Of a stretch of 64,000 bases of DNA, positions 42,655 to 52,440 are shown piece after piece; the stretch's first letter is position 1, and the number at the start of each line of letters is the position of its first letter. The notes below the pieces were generated by a model. That model saw nothing but the letters and a program-made list of their open reading frames with translations, searched no databases and was not told the DNA's origin. The position numbers were made by a program, and so were the translations under genes. The stretch lies in IMG/VR virus record IMGVR_UViG_3300046170_000524. One strand, given 5' to 3'. This stretch comes from a virus.

Positions 42655-43573
42655 TTATTTTTCACACTTAATCGGTCAAGAAAACGTTAAGAAAAAACTT
42701 AACTTTTACTTAAAAGCTTATCATGCCACCAGCGTATGCCCTTTCCTAAATTTAGTTGGAGCAAAAGGATTAGGTAAAACTCTTTTCGCAAAAGAATTCG
42801 CTAAAAACTTGAACAATAAAGATGGAGGTAAGAGACCTTTTTTAGAGTTAAATTGTTCAACAATTAAAAGCAATACTCAATTTTTCGAACAAATCTTTAT
42901 TCCAATCATCATGAATAATGAGATCACTATTTTATTTGATGAAGCGCATGCGTTACCTAAAGACTTGACAATGGCTTTCTTGACTATCTTTAACACAGAA
43001 AAGACAAACAAAAAAGAATTTACTTTTGAAGATCAGACTTTTGAATTTGATTTCACAAAGCAAACATTTATTTTTGCAACAACCGAAAGCGATAAATTAT
43101 TTCCGCCCTTAAAAGACAGGTTAACAACAGTTGACTTTGAAGCCTATAATGCTAATGACTTAGGAGAAATTATTAAATTAAATTGCGATGGAATTAATTT
43201 CTCTGAAGAAGCGATGGATAAGCTTTCATTAACTGTCAGAGGAAACGCTCGCAATGCAGTTATGCGCTCAAAAGAAATTGTGCTCTACTGTGAGAGCGAA
43301 AATCAAAACACTTTTGAATCAAAAGATTATGAAGCCCTTACAGATTTACTTGGCATACTCCCTCATGGAATTACTTGTACAGAAAAACAAATTCTACAAA
43401 TTCTTGAAGAAAGAGGTAGTTGCAAGTTGCAAACCTTATCCGCAATTACGGGCTTAAGCCCAACATCTCTAAGAAGAGACCATGAAATATATCTTCTGCG
43501 CAAAAACTTTATGCAAATTGATGGAGAAAGAAAGATAACTAATTCAGGCAAAAATTTAATTAAATCAATATAA
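42647..43573 (+). CDS. ruvB: Holliday junction branch migration ATPase RuvB-like
   Basis: LIGQENVKKKL, Walker A GAKGLGKT, Walker B ILFDEAHAL, FATTE...PLKDR, RGNARNA, C-terminal winged helix. Confidence 0.85.
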   Translation: MNNYFSHLIGQENVKKKLNFYLKAYHATSVCPFLNLVGAKGLGKTLFAKEFAKNLNNKDGGKRPFLELNCSTIKSNTQFFEQIFIPIIMNNEITILFDEAHALPKDLTMAFLTIFNTEKTNKKEFTFEDQTFEFDFTKQTFIFATTESDKLFPPLKDRLTTVDFEAYNANDLGEIIKLNCDGINFSEEAMDKLSLTVRGNARNAVMRSKEIVLYCESENQNTFESKDYEALTDLLGILPHGITCTEKQILQILEERGSCKLQTLSAITGLSPTSLRRDHEIYLLRKNFMQIDGERKITNSGKNLIKSI

Positions 43574-43576
43574 TAT

Positions 43577-43771
43577 ATGACAACAGAAACAAAAAGTAAA
43601 GTATATGTAGTAACTAGAAATTCAAGAAGAATTGAAGAAAGAAATTACTCTTCAAAAGAAGATGCGGAGGCTAGAGCTCAAAAATTAGTTAATGTGTTAA
43701 AAACATGGAGAGACCCCGATCTAAAAAAAGTCAAAGTGGTGCATACAGATAAACCTCAAAAAATCAGATAG
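43577..43771 (+). CDS. Hypothetical protein
   Basis: 64-aa coupled ORF. Confidence 0.65.
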   Translation: MTTETKSKVYVVTRNSRRIEERNYSSKEDAEARAQKLVNVLKTWRDPDLKKVKVVHTDKPQKIR

Positions 43772-44277
43772 TGCTAGAAGATAAGCCAAAGTTTAAAAAT
43801 TTATTTGAAGAACTAGCTTTCAATCGGGGTTATACCCCTAGAAAAAGAAATAGTTCTGACAAAAACTGCAAAAATGTATCTCACATCTTGACAGGAAAAG
43901 GGTCAGAAGGAAAACCCATCAAAATTAAAGTTGATGTCAAAAAAATTAAAAATAAAAAACAAGACCAAAATTGGCTTTGGATTGAATTCAAAAATGCTAG
44001 TGGTAGGAACGGATGGATTCATGGAGATGCACACTTTATCGTTTTTGAGCGCAAAGAAGATTTTATTTTTGTTAACCGCAAAGAACTCTCGTCTTGGATA
44101 AGCTCTTCTAATAAAATTAGATACGATTTGCCATTTGTAACATTAGCGAAAAAAGCAAAGTACAGAATATACAAAAGAGCTGGAGAAAAAGACGAGATAA
44201 CTCAGATTAAAGTTGATGACATAAAAGATTTAAAGTCATTCCAGATATGGAAAAAGCCCGATGGCAAATCAACCTGA
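43771..44277 (+). CDS. PD-(D/E)XK-fold nuclease-like protein
   Basis: GTG start; IKVDVKK...WLWIEFKNASGRNGWIHGDAHFIVFE. Confidence 0.6.
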   Translation: MLEDKPKFKNLFEELAFNRGYTPRKRNSSDKNCKNVSHILTGKGSEGKPIKIKVDVKKIKNKKQDQNWLWIEFKNASGRNGWIHGDAHFIVFERKEDFIFVNRKELSSWISSSNKIRYDLPFVTLAKKAKYRIYKRAGEKDEITQIKVDDIKDLKSFQIWKKPDGKST

Positions 44278-44689
44278 ACTAGATAAAACTTATATAAAAA
44301 TGGCGAGACAGTGGAGCTCTTTATCTAAAGCTAAGAGGCTCCAAGTTGGATGTTTAATTGTTAAAGACGGATCAATTATATCCGATGGATATAATGGCAC
44401 ACCAAAAGGTTTCAATAACCAATGTGAAGATATAGACTATTTTAATCAACTTGTAACTCGCAAGGAAGTTTTGCATGCAGAAAGTAATGCAATTACCAAA
44501 TTAGCAAAGTCTACACAATCTAGTTCTGGAGCAACAATGTATGTCACAACCTCACCTTGCATTGAATGCGCCAAGCTTATTATTCAATCAGACATCATTA
44601 GAGTTGTATATTCAGATTTTTATCGCAGTAATGCAGGTATAAATCTTCTAAAAAAAGCGGGAATAAAAGTAGAACAGCTACAAATTTAA
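44261..44689 (+). CDS. dCMP deaminase
   Basis: VGCLIVKDGSIISDGYNGTP, HAESNAI, SPCIECAKLI. Confidence 0.92.
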   Translation: MANQPELDKTYIKMARQWSSLSKAKRLQVGCLIVKDGSIISDGYNGTPKGFNNQCEDIDYFNQLVTRKEVLHAESNAITKLAKSTQSSSGATMYVTTSPCIECAKLIIQSDIIRVVYSDFYRSNAGINLLKKAGIKVEQLQI

Positions 44690-44702
44690 ATTATCATCTT
44701 AA

Positions 44703-45266
44703 ATGATAGAAGGTATCTCAATTATAATAATTTTGTTTTTGTGTTATTTTGTATATAAATACAAACCGCAAGACGACTCCGAACTAGATGATCTAAGAAA
44801 TGAAAATGAATTTTTAAAATTAAAATTAAATGAATTCAACACAGAATCAAAAGGCAGAGAAGATAGTTTAACAAAAATTATTAATGAATTACAGTCATCT
44901 ATTCCAAAAGATAGAGAGGATTTTGAGAAGAGGAACAACATTCAGTCGCAGCAGATAAAAGAACTTCAGGAGAAGCTCGATAGCGAGACTGAGGCTCGTA
45001 AGAAAGTTCTTTCGCAGAAGAAGAGTGGGGAGGTCAGGCTTGGGCATATAGCGGAGACCCTAGCTCCCTTCTTGGATCAATTTGAATTTGATCCAGAGAG
45101 ATGTTCTTTTATGGGTAAACCGATTGACTATATATCATTCGGAGATGATGAGATAACTTTTATAGAAGTAAAAAGCGGTAACGCACAATTAAATCAAAGA
45201 CAAAGACAAATTAAACAATTAGTAAAACAAAAAGCAATATCATGGAAAGAAGTAAGGATAAAATGA
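44703..45266 (+). CDS. Membrane-anchored Holliday-junction-resolvase-like endonuclease (Endonuc_Holl type)
   Basis: N-terminal TM, coiled coil, GHIAETLAPF...MGKPIDYI...FIEVKSG..QLNQRQ. Confidence 0.8.
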   Translation: MIEGISIIIILFLCYFVYKYKPQDDSELDDLRNENEFLKLKLNEFNTESKGREDSLTKIINELQSSIPKDREDFEKRNNIQSQQIKELQEKLDSETEARKKVLSQKKSGEVRLGHIAETLAPFLDQFEFDPERCSFMGKPIDYISFGDDEITFIEVKSGNAQLNQRQRQIKQLVKQKAISWKEVRIK

Positions 45267-46039
45267 GTTTTAATTTATTAAGATTTCTCAAAGAACTTAA
45301 GGGTAAAAAAATTATCTACACGCCAAATCCAGGGAATGCGGGAGATAGCTTAATTGCTTCGAGCACTTTAGATATATTCAAAAAGATTAATTTAGACTTC
45401 GAAATCCAAAACCCTAAAAACAAATTTAACAAAAAAACAATTATCTATGGAGGAGGAGGGAATCTAATAGATAAATATGATAATTTAAGAAATTTTTTAT
45501 GGAAAAATCTTAAAGATAATCGAATAATTGTTTTGCCCCACACATTTAGTCACTGCGACAAATTATTAAATCGCATAGGTAGTAATGTAACATTAATCGC
45601 AAGAGAAAGAGTTTCATTCGATTACATCAAAACGCATATGCTATACCCCGAGAACGCTTTACTTTCAGATGACATGGCATTCCACCTTGATAATTTAGAC
45701 TTCTACATAAATGAACCTAATGCAGGCATATGCAATGCCTTTAGGCTAGATAAGGAAAAGACAAGTGTTGATATACCTGACAACAATAAGGATGTATCAG
45801 CGGATTTTATTTTTAAACAGAATACTTTAAATGAAAGTCATATAAAAATTTCTGCAGATAATTTACTTCGCTATCTATCTAAATTCGAGGAGATTAATAC
45901 AAATCGACTACATGTAGGTATAGCTGGCTCACTTCTAGGAAGAAAAGTTAATCTCTTCCCTAATTCATATTATAAAAACGAAGCGGTCTTCTCTTTCTCA
46001 ATTAAAAATAAGTATAAAAATACATCATTTATGAATTAA
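45263..46039 (+). CDS. Polysaccharide pyruvyl transferase family protein
   Basis: GNAGDSLI, GGGGNL, IARERVSF, SDDMAF, TNRLHVGI; ATGA overlap start. Confidence 0.8.
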   Translation: MSFNLLRFLKELKGKKIIYTPNPGNAGDSLIASSTLDIFKKINLDFEIQNPKNKFNKKTIIYGGGGNLIDKYDNLRNFLWKNLKDNRIIVLPHTFSHCDKLLNRIGSNVTLIARERVSFDYIKTHMLYPENALLSDDMAFHLDNLDFYINEPNAGICNAFRLDKEKTSVDIPDNNKDVSADFIFKQNTLNESHIKISADNLLRYLSKFEEINTNRLHVGIAGSLLGRKVNLFPNSYYKNEAVFSFSIKNKYKNTSFMN

Positions 46040-46043
46040 TGCA

Positions 46044-46463
46044 ATGAAACTCAAAATCAAAAAATTAAACGAACGCGCAGAAATTCCTTTTTATGCGAAG
46101 GATGGAGATGCAGGAATGGATTTAGTTGCAACTACTCTTGTTCGAACAAGTAAGTTTTTCGAATACGGAACAGATTTAGCGATGGAGATTCCTAAAGGTT
46201 ATGTTGGTTTGCTCTTCCCAAGATCAAGTATTTCAAAAACAGATCATTTTTTGCGCAACTCTGTTGGAGTTATAGACTCTGGATATCGCGGAGAAATTAA
46301 ACTGCGTATGAGCATTCCTGCTTTAGGTGAAACTGAATATTTAATAGGAGACAAAGTTGGTCAATTAATTCTAATGAAACTTCCTTGGGTTGAAATAGAA
46401 GAAGTTGAAGAGCTTTCTAATACTGATCGTGGAGAAGGTGGATTCGGAAGTACAGGAACTTAA
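46044..46463 (+). CDS. dut: Trimeric dUTPase
   Basis: GDAGMDL, PRSS, GVIDSGYRGE, RGEGGFGSTG. Confidence 0.95.
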   Translation: MKLKIKKLNERAEIPFYAKDGDAGMDLVATTLVRTSKFFEYGTDLAMEIPKGYVGLLFPRSSISKTDHFLRNSVGVIDSGYRGEIKLRMSIPALGETEYLIGDKVGQLILMKLPWVEIEEVEELSNTDRGEGGFGSTGT

Positions 46464-46472
46464 AATTAAGCC

Positions 46473-46501
46473 TTGACATAAAACCGAATATATGAGATAA
46501 T
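46473..46501 (+). promoter_or_regulatory. Sigma70-type promoter, leaderless
   Basis: TTGACA-17-GATAAT with TG extension; 6 nt to ATG 46508. Confidence 0.8.
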
Positions 46502-46507
46502 ACTAGC

Positions 46508-46756
46508 ATGTTCAATATTAAATCAAAGTTAAAAAACAAAGTTATGAAAAATCAAGATCAACGTTATTTCGTAGTATATAAAAATGCAGAAGATGAGGTC
46601 AAGACTTATGAAATTGGCCGCCCTCAATTAACAGAATCCTTTGGAAACAAAGAAGAAGAGAGAAACAATATTGGATTCAAAGCTTACTGCTTTGGTCGTC
46701 AAGAAGTTCGTTCATTTCGTCATGATAGAATCGTTTCCCTTGCTCGCGCATCGTGA
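46508..46756 (+). CDS. Stand-alone WYL-like domain protein
   Basis: VVYKNAEDEVKTYEI...FKAYCFGRQEVRSFRHDRI matches the WYL signature. Confidence 0.65.
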   Translation: MFNIKSKLKNKVMKNQDQRYFVVYKNAEDEVKTYEIGRPQLTESFGNKEEERNNIGFKAYCFGRQEVRSFRHDRIVSLARAS

Positions 46757-46959
46757 GAGGGGCAATGGTAGACTATTCTCTTAACAAGTTTTGTCCATTA
46801 TTGATCATAGGGTTTTTGCTTTTTTATAACTTCGGTTATTTAAAGTTTGAACCTTATATCATTTTGGGCTTGATTTGTTTTATAGAGAAATTTAATTTTA
46901 ATGTAGGATACTCAGTAGCTTACTGCGAATGCCATGGAATAAACTTAAGAGGTGAATAA
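46753..46959 (+). CDS. Small membrane protein
   Basis: Two hydrophobic stretches; GTGA overlap. Confidence 0.55.
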   Translation: MRGAMVDYSLNKFCPLLIIGFLLFYNFGYLKFEPYIILGLICFIEKFNFNVGYSVAYCECHGINLRGE

Positions 46960-47295
46960 AGAAGAGAGAGATAAACTTTATTTTGAGGTATATACGCTAT
47001 GGTATCACGAAAAAGATAAGTCAAAAAAACAAACCTTTAGAAAAGTTCTAGATTTAATTGAGTTCACACAAAAAGCAAGAACGCAGTTAAAAGCAGTAGA
47101 AACCTTATTTCAAGAAATAGTTTGAAATTATCAGATCAAGATAAATTCTTTTTTTTAAAATGCGCAGAGGAGCTAGCTGAGCTTTCTGTCGAATTATTAC
47201 AGGCAGTCAATAAACCCAGAAAAAACAATCATAAAAAAATTCTACTTGAGATACAAGATGTAGAAAAGTATTTTAAAGAAATTAAAAACCTATGA
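46952..47295 (+). CDS. Hypothetical protein, probably frameshifted near 47100-47125 (not in ORF track)
   Basis: GTG-started frame MNKEERDKLYFEVYTLWYHE... and a downstream start-less frame ending ...YFKEIKNL* with ATGA overlap into the next gene. Confidence 0.45.
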
Positions 47296-47951
47296 AAATA
47301 ATTTTTTGTCTACCCGGAAGAGAATTCACTAATAACTTTTTAGTTAGTTGGACAGATTTAATCACAGAGCTCCCAAATCACGGCATACAATGGGGCCTCT
47401 CTCAAAAGTATAGCGTAAATAGATACTTTGTCTGCAATTCGTGTTTAGGTGGGGATAGCTTGGAAGGTAAAAATCAAAAACCATTTCAAGGAAAGTTGGA
47501 CTATGACTATATAATGTGGATAGACAGCGATCAAGTTTTTCGTCCAGATAATTTTTTTAATTTGTTAAGAAGAGCTCAAGACACGAAAGTCGATATTTTA
47601 TCAGGCTTATATTTTATGCAGGGCGGAACTTATTTTGCTACAGTAGAAAACTGGGATTTAGACTTTTTTAAGAAAAATGGGCACTTTCAATTTTTAACGC
47701 CAAAAGATATCGAAGGTCGCAAAAATATATTTCCAGTTTCATATACAGGATTTGGATGGCTTCTAGTCAAAAAAGGAGTTTTTGAATCTTTAGACTATCC
47801 TTGGGTGCAACCAACCTGGCTTGAAATCGGAGATGTAAAAGAAATGACTACAACTGATTGCGCTTTTATGCATCGTGCAGCAGATAAAGGTTTCAAAACA
47901 TACATTGATCCAACTATTATTGTTGGCCACGAAAAAATGATGATACTGTAA
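47292..47951 (+). CDS. GT-A fold glycosyltransferase
   Basis: DYDYIMWIDSDQVF (DxD), YTGFGWLLVK, DPTIIVGHEK. Confidence 0.8.
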   Translation: MKIIFCLPGREFTNNFLVSWTDLITELPNHGIQWGLSQKYSVNRYFVCNSCLGGDSLEGKNQKPFQGKLDYDYIMWIDSDQVFRPDNFFNLLRRAQDTKVDILSGLYFMQGGTYFATVENWDLDFFKKNGHFQFLTPKDIEGRKNIFPVSYTGFGWLLVKKGVFESLDYPWVQPTWLEIGDVKEMTTTDCAFMHRAADKGFKTYIDPTIIVGHEKMMIL

Positions 47952-47993
47952 TACCAAACACCCTAAGAATAATTTTTTTAACAAAAACGATTG

Positions 47994-48902
47994 CTACTTA
48001 AATATTTTTTTAGACAACCAAGCTAGAATTGAAGTGACGGCCATTCCTATTATTCTAAAAATAGATTTATTTTTCTTAGGCTCTATTTTTTTATTCGGGT
48101 CTACGGGTAAGGAATCAGATTTAGTTTTTAAATAGATTGGGCCTAGAGCATTAATTAGTATTTTTTCATACAAAGAGCTTTCCAAGTAAAAAAAACCTCT
48201 TTTACCAAACCATTTACCCCAACTGTTTTGAAACTCCCAATATAAATCGCCGTCAATTATTTTCCAGCCGGTCATAGCTATAGCGTGACCTCCAATCGGT
48301 TTAGATTTTAAGTATTTTTCTGAGTTAACAATTCCATTTGATGGGGTGTAGTATAAAGCTTCGTGCACATTAATAGATGTCCATAAAGATTCTTGAAGTA
48401 AAGCCTTTTTAATTAAATTATGATTACTTTTCAAAACAACATGATAAGACTCAATTTTATACTTAGAAGCATTCTGCTGTGCCCCCTCTATCATCTGAGT
48501 GTCTTCGTTATCTCTGTATGGCCAATATTCTTCTTCGCAGCAACCCTCGACAACCAAGCCCCTACATGCGCCTTTTATTGTTGTTCCTGAGTAATCTTCT
48601 CCGGGAAACGGGTCATTTTCCTTACCTTTTTTATATATCCACATAGCGCTTGGCTCTTTACCTTTAAATTCTGGAGTATCTCCATAAACCACCCTACCGC
48701 TGTGACCAACGCAAGACCCTATCTTACCTTGATTCTTAACTGATGGGGTTAAGTTTTTTCTGCTAAACTCTTTATTAGAGACTGATTGATTGCCGACAAG
48801 CATATCTTCGCTAAACAACCAATCCCTTTCGTCTACAGGAGTTTCGGGGACATTTAAGACTTTATTTTTGTATAAATTTTTTTTAATTATTTTTCCAATC
48901 AT
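47994..48902 (-). CDS. Papain-like cysteine peptidase (C1), start revised to MIGKIIKK
   Basis: QGKIGSCVG, GGHAI, QNSWG: Gln/Cys/His/Asn intact; C-terminal hydrophobic helix. Confidence 0.9.
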   Translation of the reverse strand: MIGKIIKKNLYKNKVLNVPETPVDERDWLFSEDMLVGNQSVSNKEFSRKNLTPSVKNQGKIGSCVGHSGRVVYGDTPEFKGKEPSAMWIYKKGKENDPFPGEDYSGTTIKGACRGLVVEGCCEEEYWPYRDNEDTQMIEGAQQNASKYKIESYHVVLKSNHNLIKKALLQESLWTSINVHEALYYTPSNGIVNSEKYLKSKPIGGHAIAMTGWKIIDGDLYWEFQNSWGKWFGKRGFFYLESSLYEKILINALGPIYLKTKSDSLPVDPNKKIEPKKNKSIFRIIGMAVTSILAWLSKKIFK

Positions 48903-48911
48903 ATAAGTTGT

Positions 48912-48928
48912 TACACATCTATAGTGTA
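48912..48928. promoter_or_regulatory. Back-to-back TACAC...GTGTA pair
   Basis: TACAC 48912-48916 and GTGTA 48924-48928 between divergent starts 48902 and 48939. Confidence 0.6.
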
Positions 48929-48938
48929 TATATATTAT

Positions 48939-49169
48939 ATGCGTTTTTTGTTTTGCTTTCTTTTTACTATAGGCTGCTCTCATAAAAAAGAGCCTATGCC
49001 GAGAGACACACTATTTTTAGATAAAAATAGAGATTGGTATCATTTATACGAGCAAGAGCTAAAAACTGCAATATATAATAAAGATGATGCAGCATTTTAC
49101 TTCTTTTGGCCAGAATACCTTAAAGAGATAGAAAAAAGAAAGCTTAATAGTGTAAGTCAAAAACAATGA
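48939..49169 (+). CDS. Putative lipoprotein
   Basis: MRFLFCFLFTIGC lipobox-like signal. Confidence 0.55.
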   Translation: MRFLFCFLFTIGCSHKKEPMPRDTLFLDKNRDWYHLYEQELKTAIYNKDDAAFYFFWPEYLKEIEKRKLNSVSQKQ

Positions 49170-50725
49170 ATTTTAAAATATTTTTTATTTGTCACGAAGA
49201 ATCTAATTCGTATAAAGATGCGTTTAATTTATTTGATTTGCTACCAGATGAGATTAAAAATTCTTTAGAAGAAGTAGAACTAATTGACACTCTTAATGTA
49301 GTTGATTTAACTCATAATTCATTGCAGAATATTACCCCAATAAGCAAAGAACAATCTATTTCTTTTTCAACAAATCCTCAACTTATTGGATTATGTCAAA
49401 CCCACATAAATATATGGCGCAAAGTCGCAGAGCAAGAGCTTGATTTTTGCTTTGTTATTGAAGATAATGTCAATTTTTCCGACTTCTTAACGCTTTTACT
49501 TTCCAATCCAGATATTCCAGAAAAATTAGATTTTGTAAATTTCACTTCAACAGATTTCTTATCCTCCGCTTGCTATTACATTTCAAATCGAGGTGCAAAA
49601 AAACTCATATCAATTCATGAAGACCCAAAATTACTTAATTTGGACATTTTTTACGAAAATAATTTTACTAAAAATTCAATTAAATGTGAGCATCTTAAAT
49701 TTATAGAATATTGTACTCTTGAAAAAGTAGGCTTCCATTATAGAATAAATTTCATCAACAAAGATCTGATAAGATATCACCCAAAAAATTATAAAAAAAT
49801 AGAAGATAATTTTGAATTTTGGAAAAAAGACTTAAGCATTACCTCTTGCATCTGTACTTATGGCAATTATGAATCCTGCAGAGAAACTCTTTTATCATTA
49901 ATACAACAAACTATATCAGATGATAAAAATAAAATTTTTATTATAGATAATTTTCCCATAAATCAAATCGATGGTGAGAGATTAGAGCATTTTAAAAAGT
50001 TAAAGTCTCTTTGCGATTTATATGATCACTGCGAGTATATTCACACCCCAACATCTGGGTTGTCCGAGTCTCGTAATATAGCTATAGATAAATGCACAAC
50101 TGACTTAATTTTTTACATAGACGATGATGCGATAGCAAATTTTGACTTACTTGAGAATTTTAAATCTAAATTTTTAAAATTCCAGAATCTTGCGGTTTGT
50201 GGTGGAAAAGTTGTCCCCAAGTGGATCAGCGAAAGACCTGACTGGCTAAACGATAATTTACTTAAGTTTTTATCAATACAAAATTCCGATTCAAAAAATG
50301 TCATTCTTACGGAAGAATCTGAGGAATATATAGTCGGAACAAATATGTGCTTTCGCACCTCTATTCTCAAAAAATCTGGAGGGTTTAATGTCGCATTAGG
50401 AAGGCGAGGTCAAATTTTAATGAGCGGAGAAGAAGATGAATTATTTTCTAGACTAAAACAAAATTATACATGTGTTTACAGCTCAGATTGCTTGGTTTAC
50501 CATAAAATATTTCCAGCAAGACTTGAAGAACATTGGTTTATAAAACGATGTGCTTGGCAATTAATTTCTAACAAATTTATCTTAGGACAAAAACACTCCT
50601 ACCCAGAAGAGTTAGAGATTTTTCTCAACCAAAACAAAGATAAACTATTTGCAAAAAATCTAGATTCTAAAAGTTTTTCAGATAAATTAAGCTATATTCA
50701 ATTACTGTTAGAATATCTTTTATAA
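49166..50725 (+). CDS. GT25-like plus GT2 fusion glycosyltransferase
   Basis: N: GLCQTHINIW...VIEDN, CYYISNRGAKKL; C: CICTY, IIDN, GLSESRN, YIDDDA. Confidence 0.8.
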   Translation: MNFKIFFICHEESNSYKDAFNLFDLLPDEIKNSLEEVELIDTLNVVDLTHNSLQNITPISKEQSISFSTNPQLIGLCQTHINIWRKVAEQELDFCFVIEDNVNFSDFLTLLLSNPDIPEKLDFVNFTSTDFLSSACYYISNRGAKKLISIHEDPKLLNLDIFYENNFTKNSIKCEHLKFIEYCTLEKVGFHYRINFINKDLIRYHPKNYKKIEDNFEFWKKDLSITSCICTYGNYESCRETLLSLIQQTISDDKNKIFIIDNFPINQIDGERLEHFKKLKSLCDLYDHCEYIHTPTSGLSESRNIAIDKCTTDLIFYIDDDAIANFDLLENFKSKFLKFQNLAVCGGKVVPKWISERPDWLNDNLLKFLSIQNSDSKNVILTEESEEYIVGTNMCFRTSILKKSGGFNVALGRRGQILMSGEEDELFSRLKQNYTCVYSSDCLVYHKIFPARLEEHWFIKRCAWQLISNKFILGQKHSYPEELEIFLNQNKDKLFAKNLDSKSFSDKLSYIQLLLEYLL

Positions 50726-51721
50726 ATGAAAAAAATTTTAAGTTTTTCCAGCAGTATAAAAAAAGACTCGATCATTTGTCTTTGTCCAATGCGCAATGAA
50801 GAGCATATTTTACATAGCTTCCTAGACCACTATTATTCGCACGGAGTCTCTCATTTTGTTTTTTTTGACAATTTATCTGATGATAATACAATTAATATAC
50901 TAAAAGATTTAAGCTCAAAATATAATATTGAAGCTTATATATGCGAAGAATCTTTTATTGCTTCCAAATGGGGTAGCAATTGGGCTAATGATTTTATGCA
51001 AAAATATTGCATTGATAATTGGTGCATCACTATTGATGCTGATGAATTTTTTATGCCAAAAAATAACCAAAAGATAATAGATTTAATCAGCAATCTTGAA
51101 GCACGTAAATTAAATTCTGCGAGATCAATACTCGTAGATATGTATCCAAAAAACTTAAATTCTGTACATAACCAAACTATAGAAAGTTCTTGTTTTTTTG
51201 ATCGGTTTAATGAAATATATTACAAAGATGGCTACAGCGATTTTGGTCAAAAATATGTCATGGGAGGACTTAGAAAAAGAGTTTATGATTCGTTTAATAT
51301 GATCAGTAAATGCAGTTTATTCAAAAACGAATTTTATTTATCTCACCATGTTAGCGGGGGATGGCACTGGATCAAACCTTTATCTGAATTTTACAACTTC
51401 TATCTTAATAATATAGCCATAGCACCAGTTTCATCAACATCATATTTTGATAAAAAATCTTACCTTGAAGCCGTTAAAAAAAGCTTAGAGACCGTTAGAG
51501 ATACAGAAGCATTTTGCGCTCTTTTGCATTATAAATTTTTAAGAAAAGATATCTACGCATTTTTCCAAGAAAGAGTTGAAAGAAATCAAGATTGGAATGA
51601 TAGCGAAGAATATAAAAATTATATTTCTCAAAAAGAAACATCATTTTTTCATGAGAGATACAGCGTAGATTCTTCTGATAATATCAATTTAGTATATAGC
51701 GAATTAATTGATAAATTATGA
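50726..51721 (+). CDS. GT-A glycosyltransferase (GT2_4/GT92-like)
   Basis: MRNEEHIL..FLDHY...FDNLSDDNT; ITIDADEF. Confidence 0.8.
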   Translation: MKKILSFSSSIKKDSIICLCPMRNEEHILHSFLDHYYSHGVSHFVFFDNLSDDNTINILKDLSSKYNIEAYICEESFIASKWGSNWANDFMQKYCIDNWCITIDADEFFMPKNNQKIIDLISNLEARKLNSARSILVDMYPKNLNSVHNQTIESSCFFDRFNEIYYKDGYSDFGQKYVMGGLRKRVYDSFNMISKCSLFKNEFYLSHHVSGGWHWIKPLSEFYNFYLNNIAIAPVSSTSYFDKKSYLEAVKKSLETVRDTEAFCALLHYKFLRKDIYAFFQERVERNQDWNDSEEYKNYISQKETSFFHERYSVDSSDNINLVYSELIDKL

Positions 51722-52440
51722 AAGCATACATGATAACATACATGAAATCCAAAGAGAGGGTTGAAAACTTTAAGCTGGCCAAGACTTTGTCTGATGGTAA
51801 TTTAAATTTATTTGAAGCGGTAGACGGACTTGAAAACTATGAATCTTTATGTGAATTTGATCGCAAGCATCATTTTCACACAGATTTTTACAAAGATAAA
51901 TGGAAAAACATGCCTGGAAAATTAGGTTGCAATTTATCTTATTCAGTTTTATTTAGCAAAATACTCAAAGAAGATCTCAAAGAAAATTGGTTTTTAATAT
52001 TAGAAGACGATGCTGGAGTAAAAAAAGGCTTTATCGAAGAAGCTGAATTAATTGCCGAAAAAGCCGATTCAATAGGCACTCATTTTGTACGGCTTCATGT
52101 GGGAGAAGGAAAAGGGTTTTGGCCAGAAGACACAGGTTATTGGAATTTTTCGAAATCGCAACAGTTTAATGAAGCTTTTTTAGTAGGTCACAATTTTTAT
52201 AAAATGATTCCGCAGTGGTACACTACCGCCCAATTAATTAACAAGGAGGGGATTAGAAGATTGCTTGAAGTTCGCCCTTGGAATGAAAACATTGATTTGC
52301 TATTAAATAGCTTTTCGCATCTTATTTTCGCAACGGCATACCCCTCTGAAAGTTTTTTCTCAAAAGGAAGTTGTGGAGTCGAAGATGATCAAAGCGAAAT
52401 GGGAAGTGTAATCTATGAAAACCAAACTTTTTTATCATGA
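51718..52440 (+). CDS. GT25-family glycosyltransferase
   Basis: FEAVDG, GKLGCNLSY, LILEDDA. Confidence 0.8.
   Translation: MKAYMITYMKSKERVENFKLAKTLSDGNLNLFEAVDGLENYESLCEFDRKHHFHTDFYKDKWKNMPGKLGCNLSYSVLFSKILKEDLKENWFLILEDDAGVKKGFIEEAELIAEKADSIGTHFVRLHVGEGKGFWPEDTGYWNFSKSQQFNEAFLVGHNFYKMIPQWYTTAQLINKEGIRRLLEVRPWNENIDLLLNSFSHLIFATAYPSESFFSKGSCGVEDDQSEMGSVIYENQTFLS

Noticed and set aside
39801-46463. Host chromosomal segment or prophage boundary (guaC, ssrA, ruvB, dut)
   Set aside because: Genes are interleaved with phage-type small ORFs and share the same promoter grammar; no integrase, att site or bacterial operon context (no ruvA, smpB)
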